DNA of 64,000 bases from a virus (Duplodnaviria > Caudoviricetes). Under the pieces are notes generated by a model that worked only from the letters and a program-made list of their open reading frames with translations, had not been told where the DNA came from and made no database searches. How positions within the stretch are numbered: the stretch's first letter is position 1; every line of letters starts with the position of its first letter. Shown one piece after another: positions 14,525-23,958 of the stretch. A program made the translations under genes and the position numbers. The DNA lies in IMG/VR virus record IMGVR_UViG_3300034053_000021, positions 203 to 64,202 of that record; one strand, 5' to 3'.

Positions 14525-14554
14525 GGACAAGCTGACTTCGTTGTCTCGTTGTCC
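14525..14554. repeat. 12-6-12 palindrome, copy 6
   Basis: GGACAAGCTGAC-TTCGTT-GTCTCGTTGTCC. Confidence 0.7.
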
Positions 14555-14718
14555 CGGATGGCGGCAGGCCGCCACGCCGAGGGGCGGGGGGAGGGCAAAT
14601 CACTTTCGTGCGTGGCGGGGGGTTGTGCCACAAGAAATCCCAGTGAATTTGACCTACCCTTGTTTTCCCACGCTTTCACCTACGCAGGCTTACCTACATG
14701 CCGCCGCAATCAAACCAC

Positions 14719-14748
14719 TTGACACATCTCACCCATTCCCTGTACAAT
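14719..14748 (+). promoter_or_regulatory. Sigma70-like promoter heading the late operon
   Basis: TTGACA-18-TACAAT with TG. Confidence 0.6.
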
Positions 14749-14755
14749 CCTACCT

Positions 14756-14962
14756 ATGAGTACTAAATACTGCCCCGGCTGCAAGTCCGACCGACCGACA
14801 TCCGAGTTCCCCATCAACCGCTCCAGAGCGGATGGACTTGGTGGTTGGTGCCGTCCGTGCATGCGGCAGTACACCCAGCAGTGGAAGAAAGCGAACCCGG
14901 AACTCAACGCCCTCCACAGCAAGATCCACCGGGCGAACAAGAAACTGAAGGCCGCAGAGTGA
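14756..14962 (+). CDS. Small zinc-binding protein (N-terminal endonuclease-type Zn module only)
   Basis: CPGC..DRPTSEF.......DGLGGWCRPC. Confidence 0.65.
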   Translation: MSTKYCPGCKSDRPTSEFPINRSRADGLGGWCRPCMRQYTQQWKKANPELNALHSKIHRANKKLKAAE

Positions 14963-15588
14963 TCGACGCCCCCACCCAAGAACCTGAGATCGACCTGCAA
15001 GGGTTGGAAGACCTCGTGGAAGCCACCACGGCCGACACGGGCCTCTCCACGCTGGCCGATGCCATCACGACCCCGCCAAGCAGCTTCAGGCGCCGCGACG
15101 ACCCGTCCCTGCCGTTCTACCCTCGTGGACTCATTCTCGATCTGGCGATGAAGTCCGCACCAGTCAAGGACATCCTGCAGGCATACAACATCTCGGTGGA
15201 GAAGTTCAAGAGTCTCACCCAACACCCGCTGTTCAGACAAGACCTCCGCGACATGTCGGAGAAGCTGCGCAACGAGGGCTACTCGTTCAAGGTCAAGGCG
15301 CAGGCCCAAGCCGAGGCGTACCTGAACGAAGCATGGCGGATGGTCCACGACCCCGAGACACCGGCGAACGTCAGGCAATCCCTCATCGCGGCCACCGTCA
15401 AGTGGGCCGGTTTGGAGAATCCTGTCTCTACGCAATCAACCACATCCCAAGACCTGACCAAGCTAGCCGAAGACCTGAAGAACCTGCCGGCGGACCAGAT
15501 CGAACTCAGGGCGATGTCCATCATCCTCCGCAAGTCCCAGAACGCCCCCACCGACGCTACCTCGTCTGGCCATGTTATCGACGCTTGA
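14959..15588 (+). CDS. Probable terminase small subunit
   Basis: GTG start; helical protein directly upstream of and overlapping TerL. Confidence 0.65.
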   Translation: MIDAPTQEPEIDLQGLEDLVEATTADTGLSTLADAITTPPSSFRRRDDPSLPFYPRGLILDLAMKSAPVKDILQAYNISVEKFKSLTQHPLFRQDLRDMSEKLRNEGYSFKVKAQAQAEAYLNEAWRMVHDPETPANVRQSLIAATVKWAGLENPVSTQSTTSQDLTKLAEDLKNLPADQIELRAMSIILRKSQNAPTDATSSGHVIDA

Positions 15589-17200
15589 TCCCGACCAGAT
15601 CGACTGGACACAGTTCACCAGCGAGGAGGCTGTGGTCATCCGCGAGTACCTGCGGCGCAAGGCGCTTCAGGCGAAGGGACAGTCATTTCTAGATTTTGTA
15701 CAAGCGGTTGCCCCAGAGACGTTCATCATCGAGGAAGTTCACATAGCTATTGCAGAACGGCTGGACAAGATCATCACAGGGCAGATCGACCGGCTCATGC
15801 TGTTCATTGCACCCCGGACAGGGAAGTCTCAGTTGGCAAGTGTGTATTTTCCAGCGTACTACATGGGTCACTTCCCGACGCGGCAGATCATGCAGGTTGG
15901 TCACAGCGCGACCATGTCCGAAGGGTTCGGTCGGGAGGCTCGTAACCTGTTGGCGACACCTGAGTACCGAGAGATATTCCCGAGCACGGAGCTGTCGAAG
16001 GACTCCCGATCGGTCTCTGCGTGGGCGACAACAAAGGGCGGCAAGTACAGCACGGCAGGTGTAGATACAGGTATTGCGGGAAAGGGCTTCGCGTTGGGGG
16101 TGCTGGACGACCTACTGAACGAGAAGACTGCCATATCCCCAACGGCAAAGGCCGGTGTGCGAGACTGGTACGGCCCCGGGTTCTACTCACGGAAAATGCC
16201 GCGTGATCCCAAGACGAACGTGGGCAGCGCGATAATTAACGTGCAAACCCGATGGGCGACGGATGACCTCGCGGGGCACCTGTTGGCGCAGGAAGCAATC
16301 AACCCGCATGCTGATAAGTGGGAGGTTCTGTCCATTCCGGCAGTGGTCGATGAGGCGTCGGCGGCGATGCTCACGCGGATCAGCCACGACCCGAAGTACG
16401 CGAAATATCTGCCGGATACTTGCCGCACGTTCAAGGTTGGGGATTCGTTTGCACCGCGAAGGTTTCCGCTGGAAGACCTGATGCGTACCAAGCATGGGTC
16501 GATGATGACCCCTCGTGGATGGAGTGCTTTGTATCTCCAAAACCCGGTTGCAGAAGAAGGTGGCCTGCTGCGTTCTGAGTATTGGAAGCCTTGGCCGGAG
16601 GGCACCATTCCTGAGATTGACTACGTGCTCCAGAGTTACGACGTGGCGGCGGAGACAGCCAAGCATAACGACTTCACTGCCCGGACCACATGGGGTATAT
16701 TCAAACGCAAGAGCGACGGTAAGATGTGCATGTTCCTGCTGGAGCACCTAGAACGGCGCATGGACTTTCCGGAATTGTTGGCGAATGCGCTGGACTCATA
16801 TAGGGAATACAAACCCGATCGTGTAATTGTGGAAAAAGCGTCAAGCGGCATTCCGTTGTATCAAGAAATGCGCAAACGAGGTATCCCTGTCTCACCTATC
16901 AAGCCGACAGGTACGAAATACTCCCGAGCCGACGCGGCGACAATACCGCTTTCGCAAGGCGTGGTGTATTACCCAAAGGGTAAGCGGTGGGCGATGAATG
17001 TGGTTGATACGTGTGCTGCGTTCCCGGCGGGAGAGCACGATGACACGGTCGACTCTGTGACAATGGCGCTCAACTACGCACGCCGGATGTTTATGTTGGA
17101 AGCCCCGGATGACGAGGAGTCAGACGATGACGACGACCTTGACGCGCCCACCAAGCCCGCCTATGCTACGCGGCGCAGCCGCCTCCCTGCAGCGGCATGA
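15572..17200 (+). CDS. terL: Terminase large subunit
   Basis: APRTGKS Walker A; VLDD; QSYD, VEK.SSG and HDD..D nuclease motifs. Confidence 0.95.
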   Translation: MLSTLDPDQIDWTQFTSEEAVVIREYLRRKALQAKGQSFLDFVQAVAPETFIIEEVHIAIAERLDKIITGQIDRLMLFIAPRTGKSQLASVYFPAYYMGHFPTRQIMQVGHSATMSEGFGREARNLLATPEYREIFPSTELSKDSRSVSAWATTKGGKYSTAGVDTGIAGKGFALGVLDDLLNEKTAISPTAKAGVRDWYGPGFYSRKMPRDPKTNVGSAIINVQTRWATDDLAGHLLAQEAINPHADKWEVLSIPAVVDEASAAMLTRISHDPKYAKYLPDTCRTFKVGDSFAPRRFPLEDLMRTKHGSMMTPRGWSALYLQNPVAEEGGLLRSEYWKPWPEGTIPEIDYVLQSYDVAAETAKHNDFTARTTWGIFKRKSDGKMCMFLLEHLERRMDFPELLANALDSYREYKPDRVIVEKASSGIPLYQEMRKRGIPVSPIKPTGTKYSRADAATIPLSQGVVYYPKGKRWAMNVVDTCAAFPAGEHDDTVDSVTMALNYARRMFMLEAPDDEESDDDDDLDAPTKPAYATRRSRLPAAA

Positions 17201-17217
17201 TTTCTAAAGGATAAGCC

Positions 17218-19950
17218 ATGTTCAGATCGACGCAAACCAAAGACGATTCCCCGCTGCCTGACGAAGAGACGATCGACGAGGCGATGTCGATGGATGACAT
17301 GATCGACGGGATGATGGAGGAAGATACCATCGAGTTCGACCCTGAGACGGGGGAGCTTGTTATCGAGCAGACGACGGCGTTGATCGACGTGATCCCGTTC
17401 ACGGCGAATTTGGCGGAGGTTCTGGATGAAGACGAGTTGGATGAAATCGGCTCGGATATCTGCGAGAAGGTGCAGCAGGATACCGACTCCCGCAAGGAGT
17501 GGTACGACACGCTCAAGAAGGGCATGAAGGCTCTTGGGATCTACGCTCCCGACGATGACGCGGACACGGGTATCAGCAAGGTCAAGCACCCGCTGCTGAT
17601 TGAGGCGGCGACGCAGTTCCAGGCTCGGGCGATGGCGGAGTTGCTCCCGCCCGGAGGCCCGGTGAAGACGACGGTGGTAGGCCGACAGACTGAAGAAGTG
17701 CTGGCGCAGTCCAAGCGCGTGCAGGACTATATGAACTACCAGCTCACGGTGGAGAGCCGCGGGTACTACGATGAGCGGGACCAGATGCTCTACCTGCTAC
17801 CGTTTACCGGCAGTGAGTTCGACAAGCAGTATCCTGATCCGGTGACGCGCAAGGTGGTGTCCCACTGGGTCCGCTCGGACGACTTCATCGTCCCCTACGA
17901 CACGAAGTCGCTGGAGTGCGCGAAACGCTACACCCACCGCATCACGATGACCGCCAACGAGTACCGCAAGAAGGTCGCGGCGGGGTTCTATTCGGACGTG
18001 TTGCTGGACAAGGACATCGACGATACCGAGGGTAACGCCACGGACGAGCACGATTCGCCGATGACGGAGGTGTTGACGGATCTGGATGGGCAGCAGAAGC
18101 CCGGGGCGCGACTTGCTGGGGACAAGGAGTTCGTGTTTTACGAGACGCACATCGAATACGACCTCGACGGGTTCGAGGAAGATGTGGCGCTGCCGTACGT
18201 CATCACGGTGGACTCGGAGACGAAGCGGGTTCTCAGCATCTATCGCAACTGGCGCGAGCTGGATGAGACGAAAACCAAGCGGATCTGGTTCACACACAAG
18301 AAATTCCTGCCCGGGTTCGGGTTTTACGGTTTCGGATTGCTGCACTGCATTGGCGATCTCGGCGAAGCGGCGAGCGAAATCCTGCAAATCCTGCTGGACA
18401 GCGGTGCCTACGCCACGCTGCAGGGGGGATTCAAGTCCAAGGACGCAAAACTACCCGGCGACGTCGTTCTGACCCCGGGGGAATGGCATGATTGTGAGAT
18501 GACGGCCGAAGAGCTGTCGAAAGCGTTCTATACCCCACCGTTCAAGGAGCCCAGCCCTGTATTGGTGCAGCTGTTGGGGACGTTGGTTGAGCTCGGGCAG
18601 CGTTTCGCAGCGACAACCGAGACGATGGTGGGGGATGCGGCGACGACAGGCCCGGTGGGGACGATGGTGGCCCAGATCGAGCAGGGCTCGAAGGTGTTTT
18701 CCGGCATCCACAAGCGTTTGCACAAGGGGTTTGGCGACGAATTCATGCACATCGCCGAGTTGAACGGTGAACATTTGCCTGATATGTACCCGTACGTCCC
18801 CTCAGATGGGGAGCAGCATGTGCTGCGGCAGGACTTCGACGGGCGGGTGGACGTGTTGCCGGTGTCCGACCCCAACATCTTTTCCAGCGCACAGCGGATT
18901 GCGATGTCGCAGGCGGTTCTGCAACTGTCGCAGGCCATGCCGGACATCTCTGATCGACGGGAGGCGGCGGTAGGTCTGCTCAATGCGATGAGGTTCCCGA
19001 ATCCGGAGAAGGTGTTCCCGAAGCGGCAAGACGCGCAGCGGCTGGACCCGGTGAGCGAGCATGCAGCGATTCTGCTAGGGAAACCGATCAAGGCGTTCGT
19101 GGAACAGAATCATCAAGCGCACAACCAGACCCACCAAGGGCAGATGCAGCAGCTGCCGCCCCAGTTCCACCCGCTGATGCAGGCGCACATGCAAGAGCAC
19201 GAGGCGATGCACCAGTACCTTGCGATGCAGCAACGACTGCAGGCGCAGGTGCAGCAGGCCCAGCAGGCACAACAGCAGGCGATCCAGCAGTACCAGCAGC
19301 AGGTTCAGCAAGCCCAGATGCAAGGGCTGCCTCCGCCGCCTCCGCCGCAACTCCCGCCGGTGCCGCAAATCCCGCAGCTCCCAGCGCCGAACTGGAACGC
19401 GAAGAACGAAGAGCCGGTGTTCACCGAGCTTCCGCCGGAAGTTGAGAATCAGGTCGCGCAGGCCGCGGCGCAGGCGACTCAGCAGATGATGCAGCAACAG
19501 CAAGCCCAGCAGCAAGCCCAGCAGCAAGCCCAGCAGCAAGCCCAGCAGCAAGCCCAGCAGCAAGCGCAACAGTCTCAGCAGAAGCCGCAAGCTGACCCTG
19601 CCGCGGAAGAGGCCCGCAAGCAGGCTGCGTTCGACGCCGAGGAGAAGCGCAAGCAGGCCGCGTTTGACCTTGAGCAACAGCGCAAGAACCAAGGGTTGGT
19701 GCAGGACGTCGACAGGGATGACGCGCTCGCCGGAATCGAGCCGACGCTGGTGAAGCAGGCCGGCGAATTTCTGAAGGCGGTAGGGGTGCAGATGAGTCCG
19801 AGAGAACTGGCTGTCCTGAGTAAAGCCTTGGGACGGCCGTTCTCGGAGACGATCCAAGCCATAGCAAGGATGCAGTCTGGAGGCCAAGGCGCTGGACCGG
19901 CGCCCATTGCCGAAGGGATCAACAACACACAGAGGGCTAAATTCTCATGA
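17218..19950 (+). CDS. Portal protein (podovirus type) with Q/P-rich C-terminal extension
   Basis: Follows TerL; HPLLIEAATQFQARAMAELLP.GGPVK, FLPGFGFYGFGL motifs. Confidence 0.9.
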   Translation: MFRSTQTKDDSPLPDEETIDEAMSMDDMIDGMMEEDTIEFDPETGELVIEQTTALIDVIPFTANLAEVLDEDELDEIGSDICEKVQQDTDSRKEWYDTLKKGMKALGIYAPDDDADTGISKVKHPLLIEAATQFQARAMAELLPPGGPVKTTVVGRQTEEVLAQSKRVQDYMNYQLTVESRGYYDERDQMLYLLPFTGSEFDKQYPDPVTRKVVSHWVRSDDFIVPYDTKSLECAKRYTHRITMTANEYRKKVAAGFYSDVLLDKDIDDTEGNATDEHDSPMTEVLTDLDGQQKPGARLAGDKEFVFYETHIEYDLDGFEEDVALPYVITVDSETKRVLSIYRNWRELDETKTKRIWFTHKKFLPGFGFYGFGLLHCIGDLGEAASEILQILLDSGAYATLQGGFKSKDAKLPGDVVLTPGEWHDCEMTAEELSKAFYTPPFKEPSPVLVQLLGTLVELGQRFAATTETMVGDAATTGPVGTMVAQIEQGSKVFSGIHKRLHKGFGDEFMHIAELNGEHLPDMYPYVPSDGEQHVLRQDFDGRVDVLPVSDPNIFSSAQRIAMSQAVLQLSQAMPDISDRREAAVGLLNAMRFPNPEKVFPKRQDAQRLDPVSEHAAILLGKPIKAFVEQNHQAHNQTHQGQMQQLPPQFHPLMQAHMQEHEAMHQYLAMQQRLQAQVQQAQQAQQQAIQQYQQQVQQAQMQGLPPPPPPQLPPVPQIPQLPAPNWNAKNEEPVFTELPPEVENQVAQAAAQATQQMMQQQQAQQQAQQQAQQQAQQQAQQQAQQSQQKPQADPAAEEARKQAAFDAEEKRKQAAFDLEQQRKNQGLVQDVDRDDALAGIEPTLVKQAGEFLKAVGVQMSPRELAVLSKALGRPFSETIQAIARMQSGGQGAGPAPIAEGINNTQRAKFS
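19501..19560 (+). repeat. (CAAGCCCAGCAG)5 coding QAQQ
   Basis: Five perfect 12-mers. Confidence 0.95.
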
Positions 19951-20147
19951 GGATGGTTCAGATCAGGGAAGCACTCCGCGACGACATTGTTGCGGAAATG
20001 CGCAAGGTTTCGGACGCGCTGTCGTCCGGAAGGGCAGCCGATTTCGCGGACTACAAGCGGATGGTCGGCACGGTGCAGGGGTTGAGCAAGGCGTTGGAGC
20101 AGATCGACGCCCGGTTCAACAAACTTTTTGACGATGGAGGAGACTAG
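19947..20147 (+). CDS. Small conserved head-region protein
   Basis: ADFADYKRMVG..QGL; ATGA-coupled. Confidence 0.75.
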   Translation: MRMVQIREALRDDIVAEMRKVSDALSSGRAADFADYKRMVGTVQGLSKALEQIDARFNKLFDDGGD

Positions 20148-20313
20148 AGTGGTCGACGGCGTGCCATCGGTATCTCAATACGAGGGGTTTTTGAATAAGG
20201 TCGACGAGTTTCGCGGCATTGCTCCGAACGATCTTGATTACGCTAGGAAGATCGCCGCGCTGAAAGCAAAACGGCTCGCGGAAAAAAGCGTATGTGCCCG
20301 AGGTTCTTCGTGA
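20128..20313 (+). CDS. Small hypothetical protein
   Basis: 61-aa ORF in the operon. Confidence 0.5.
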   Translation: MTMEETRVVDGVPSVSQYEGFLNKVDEFRGIAPNDLDYARKIAALKAKRLAEKSVCARGSS

Positions 20314-20512
20314 TCCGAACAAAGACTATCGGTGGTGTGATCCACGATCCGAGCGGTTTCCATATCAGGTGGTGAAAGGGTTTGTCCCGGTGGTACACGA
20401 CGGGCGCCTCGTTCACGACAACGAACTTATCCTATGTGCTCGGGATAAGCAGGCGGTGGAACCGCTTGTGGTTGAGCGCGTGACGGTAACACAACTTCTC
20501 GAAGGAGATTGA
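20294..20512 (+). CDS. Small hypothetical protein
   Basis: 72-aa ORF in the operon. Confidence 0.55.
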   Translation: MPEVLRDPNKDYRWCDPRSERFPYQVVKGFVPVVHDGRLVHDNELILCARDKQAVEPLVVERVTVTQLLEGD

Positions 20513-20513
20513 T

Positions 20514-20930
20514 TTGAAACATTCTGACGAAGGTAATTCCGGCTGGAGCAACACAACCACGGAGCTGCCTGACGGGTTTTGGGACGACCTTCCCCAACCC
20601 ACATATTGGCGCTTGCTGGTTGCTCCCATGCGCCCCAAGGAAGTGTCGAAAGGCGGTATTGTCCTCGCGCTGGCAAACCAGGACGCGCAGGAAATCTTGA
20701 ACTTTGTGGGGCAGGTCATTGCGGTGGGGCCGACGGCCGGCACGCATGAGCGCCTTGGTGGTGACGGCAAGAATCCGGCGCCCGGATTCCCGAAGGTAGG
20801 GGACTGGGTAGGCTTCGGACGATACGCCGGGCAGCGCGCTATTCACAAAGGGGTCAAGATTCTGTGCATTAACGACGACGAATTGCTGATGACGATACCC
20901 AATCCCGAAACCCTGCAGGTTAGCCAATAA
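20514..20930 (+). CDS. GroES-like co-chaperonin
   Basis: P..WRLLV.P...KEVSKGGIVL; GQVIAVGP; KVGDWV.F.RYAG; INDDELL. Confidence 0.9.
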   Translation: MKHSDEGNSGWSNTTTELPDGFWDDLPQPTYWRLLVAPMRPKEVSKGGIVLALANQDAQEILNFVGQVIAVGPTAGTHERLGGDGKNPAPGFPKVGDWVGFGRYAGQRAIHKGVKILCINDDELLMTIPNPETLQVSQ

Positions 20931-20939
20931 GGACACATC

Positions 20940-21956
20940 ATGGCACTGGAAAATGAAGACCTCGACATGAACGAGGAAGTTTTGGATCAAGACGAGCCGC
21001 TAGGCGATGACGTCGAAATCATCGTTGATGAAGACGACGAAGGCGAAGGCGGAGAGGAAGCCGAAGCCGGCGAGGAAGCTGCGGTTGAGGCCGCTCCGGA
21101 ACCCGAGGAAGAAGCCGCTCCGGCGGATGACGACGAGGATGCCGGTGATGCTGAACTCACGGCGATGCCGGACAAGATCAAGAAGCGGTTCATGCGCGAA
21201 AAGCGCCTGCGTGACGAGATCATCAATGAGCGCGAGCAGATCAAGGACGTAGCTCTGCGAGTCGCGCAGGTGGCGCAGCAGCGGGAGACGGAAGTCCTCC
21301 AACTCAAGAAGGCGCAGGCCGCGCTGCAGAAGCAGCATGCGGACACGCTGGAGTTTGCCTACGAGCAGGCAATTCAGATAAAGTCAGGTGAGCTGCGCAA
21401 GGCGCGGGACGACGGCAGTTACGACGACGAACTGAAGGCTCAGGGCGAGCTCGATAAACTGCGGTTCCAGCAGAACCAGATTCGGGAGAGCAAGCGAAAC
21501 CTTGTCGACCCCGAGTCTATCCAGATTCCGCAGCCGCAGGCGTTCCAGCAACCGCAGCAGCCGGCGCGAAAACCGGATGCCCCCGAGCCTCTCGCCGTCA
21601 AGTGGATCGACACCAACAAGGTGTGGTTCAACAACAAGTCGTATGCCGGGCACCGGGCGTTTGTGTTGGCAGAAGATGCCAAGCTCGTCGAGGAGGGGTA
21701 TGACAAGAAGTCGCCCGCGTACTACAAAGAGCTGGATCGGCGTATCGATCAGGCGTTTCCGACGCTGCGCAAGCGTGCGGCGCCCAAAGGGGCACCTGTT
21801 GCTGGGGTTAGTAATACGCCGGCTGCCCGCACTTCCAGCCGTACCATCAAGCTGAACAAGGCTGATCTGCGCAACATGCGCATGTTCGGACTCGACCCAT
21901 CAAACAAGGAGCACCTCCGTGAATTCGCTCGATCGAAACGTACCGCTTCCGTCTAA
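20940..21956 (+). CDS. Capsid scaffolding protein
   Basis: Acidic N-terminus, coiled coil, W...N.WF motif; position upstream of capsid. Confidence 0.75.
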   Translation: MALENEDLDMNEEVLDQDEPLGDDVEIIVDEDDEGEGGEEAEAGEEAAVEAAPEPEEEAAPADDDEDAGDAELTAMPDKIKKRFMREKRLRDEIINEREQIKDVALRVAQVAQQRETEVLQLKKAQAALQKQHADTLEFAYEQAIQIKSGELRKARDDGSYDDELKAQGELDKLRFQQNQIRESKRNLVDPESIQIPQPQAFQQPQQPARKPDAPEPLAVKWIDTNKVWFNNKSYAGHRAFVLAEDAKLVEEGYDKKSPAYYKELDRRIDQAFPTLRKRAAPKGAPVAGVSNTPAARTSSRTIKLNKADLRNMRMFGLDPSNKEHLREFARSKRTASV

Positions 21957-21966
21957 AGGAACAAAA

Positions 21967-22470
21967 ATGGACAAGACCCTATCGCAAGAACGTGCCGCTC
22001 CGCCGGTGCACGAGACCCGCGCCTATGAGACGTGGGATGACGTCGATGTGCATGCCGAAGAAGCAAAGCCGTGGGTTCGCCCCACGTCGCTCGAAGCTCC
22101 GCCGGCACGCGCCGGATTCACGCAACGCTGGATTCGTGTAGGGATGAACGGCCAAGATGACCCGACCAACACAGCGCGCAAGTTCCGCGAAGGTTGGAAG
22201 CCGCGTCCGGCGTCGTCGATCCCGGCGAGCTATCACGCTCCGACGATCGGACACGGCAAATGGTCTGGCTGCATCGGTGTCGAGGGCATGCTGCTGTGTG
22301 AGATGCCGAACTCGATGGTCGAGAAGCGGCGCAAGCACTATCAGGCGAAGACGGACAACACGACGAACGCGATCGCCGAGGAGTTGCAGAAGCATGCACG
22401 CCCAGGTATGCCGATCACGCAGGAGCGTAGTAGTCAGTCGCGGCTGGTAAAAATCGCAGACGATGCTTGA
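21967..22470 (+). CDS. Conserved head-region protein
   Basis: WVRPTSLEAPP.R.GF..RWIR...EGW.P; GMLLCEMP. Confidence 0.75.
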   Translation: MDKTLSQERAAPPVHETRAYETWDDVDVHAEEAKPWVRPTSLEAPPARAGFTQRWIRVGMNGQDDPTNTARKFREGWKPRPASSIPASYHAPTIGHGKWSGCIGVEGMLLCEMPNSMVEKRRKHYQAKTDNTTNAIAEELQKHARPGMPITQERSSQSRLVKIADDA

Positions 22471-22494
22471 CAGAACCCGTCTGAGGAGTATGAT
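22467..22494 (+). promoter_or_regulatory. Promoter of the second GIY-YIG gene
   Basis: TTGACA-16-TATGAT. Confidence 0.65.
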
Positions 22495-22523
22495 CCTCCC
22501 ATGCTAACGCTGTGAAGCGCTGC

Positions 22524-22555
22524 GCCCGTCCTTGGAAACAAGAGGCGGGCTTTTT
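22524..22555 (+). terminator. Terminator-like hairpin in the GIY-YIG leader
   Basis: GCCCGTC CTTG-GAAA-CAAG A GGCGGGC TTTTT. Confidence 0.7.
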
Positions 22556-22571
22556 CTTCGTGGAGGCAGCA

Positions 22572-23252
22572 ATGACTTACGGTATTTACTGCATAGAGCA
22601 CATAGAGTCTGGACGGAAGTATGTAGGCAAGTCGAAGCACATCGAGCGGAGGATTTACGAGCATTTTCGTAAGTCGGGCAAGTCCAAGCACTGCTTTGCC
22701 CACGCACTTCGCAAGTATGGAGAAGCGGCGTTTCGGTGGGAAGTGCTGGAAGAGATCATCCCCGAATGCCCAAAAGCACTGGCTGCGGCGGAGCTACACT
22801 GGATCGACACGCTCGGGGTGTTTGCGAGTGACAAAGGGTTCAATGTCAAACGGGATTCTTCGAGTTGCACCGAGTTCGCTCCTGAGGTAAAGGCAAAAAT
22901 ATCTGCGTCGCTTACCGGGAAGAAGCACACGGAAGAAACTATCGCTAGGTTCAGGCTACGGGCGGGGGGCAACAACCCCTTTACAGGGAAAACCCATACC
23001 GACCAGACCCGTGCGACCATAGGCGAGAGGTCTAAAGCTGTGTGGGCTGATCCGGAGTACCGCGAGAAAATGAAGCAGCGGAAGAAGGCCGCTTCTCGAA
23101 AAGGTTCAGTAACCCCAGAGGATGTCCGGGCGAAGCAGTCAGAATCTGCAAAACGCCGTGCTGCGCGCGGACTATCACCGGAGACCAGACAGAAACTGTC
23201 AGAGCGAGCAAAGCTGCAATGGGCTAGGCAGAAGGGCTTGACACAGGTGTAA
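22572..23252 (+). CDS. GIY-YIG homing endonuclease with NUMOD3 repeats
   Basis: YGIYCI....SGRKYVGKS..IERR; KKHTEET/GKTHTDQT. Confidence 0.92.
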   Translation: MTYGIYCIEHIESGRKYVGKSKHIERRIYEHFRKSGKSKHCFAHALRKYGEAAFRWEVLEEIIPECPKALAAAELHWIDTLGVFASDKGFNVKRDSSSCTEFAPEVKAKISASLTGKKHTEETIARFRLRAGGNNPFTGKTHTDQTRATIGERSKAVWADPEYREKMKQRKKAASRKGSVTPEDVRAKQSESAKRRAARGLSPETRQKLSERAKLQWARQKGLTQV

Positions 23253-23266
23253 ACGTCGTGTAAGTT
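23238..23266 (+). promoter_or_regulatory. Promoter at the 3' end of GIY-YIG, reading into the capsid genes
   Basis: TTGACA-17-TAAGTT. Confidence 0.55.
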
Positions 23267-23389
23267 TCGCCCTACACAGAAGTTTTGGTGTCCCGAACTT
23301 CTGGCAGGCGAGCACGGATGCTGACAAACTTCCTTTCGTGCAGATGATGGGACGTACTTTAGTTTCATTTTCTCCGAAAGGAAAATATT

Positions 23390-23941
23390 ATGGCTACAAA
23401 TACTGATCGGCCGAATGGCTTCACGCCTGTCGGGCATAAAGGTGGCGGCACGGTACGTGCTGCGGAATTTGAAATTCTCTACAGCTACGCTACCGCGGTG
23501 TACTCCGGTGACGCGGTTATCCTGTCGTCTGGTTATGTGAATCAGGCGGCGCAAGACTCGGCTTCGGTGCTCGGCGTTTTCGCCGGTTGCCAATACGTCG
23601 ACAACTCCGGCAACGTCATCTTCTCCCCGTATTGGCCTGGGGTTGCGCTGACTGACTCTGGCAAGAAGGTCAAGGCTTTCGTGTACGTCGATCCGGATAT
23701 CCTGTACGAAGTGCAGACCGACACCGGCACGACCTCGACCATCGCCAGCGTGGGCGTCGCCTACGACATCGAGCTTGACCACTCGGGATCTGCCACGACC
23801 GGCCGTTCGGGCATGGAGCTGGATATCAGCGACACCGGCACTGGTCAATTCACGATCTACGGACTGGCTGATCGTCCGGATAACGCTTGGGGTATCAACG
23901 CCAAGGTCATCGTGTTCAACAACGTCCCGACGATGGGCTAA
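23390..23941 (+). CDS. Virion structural protein (capsid decoration-like)
   Basis: N.DRPNGFTPV; LGVFAGCQY; VYVDPDILYEVQ; immediately before the MCP. Confidence 0.75.
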   Translation: MATNTDRPNGFTPVGHKGGGTVRAAEFEILYSYATAVYSGDAVILSSGYVNQAAQDSASVLGVFAGCQYVDNSGNVIFSPYWPGVALTDSGKKVKAFVYVDPDILYEVQTDTGTTSTIASVGVAYDIELDHSGSATTGRSGMELDISDTGTGQFTIYGLADRPDNAWGINAKVIVFNNVPTMG

Positions 23942-23958
23942 CCCAAGGAGAATAGATC

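Noticed and set aside
14622-14632. GTTGTGCCACA resembling the attC1 core
   Set aside because: Isolated short match with no attC hairpin, 14 kb from the array; likely chance.
22655-23848. 397-aa - strand ORF and similar long antisense ORFs in the late region (e.g. 40295-41380, 41695-42873)
   Set aside because: They overlap well-supported + strand genes and are typical high-GC shadow frames.
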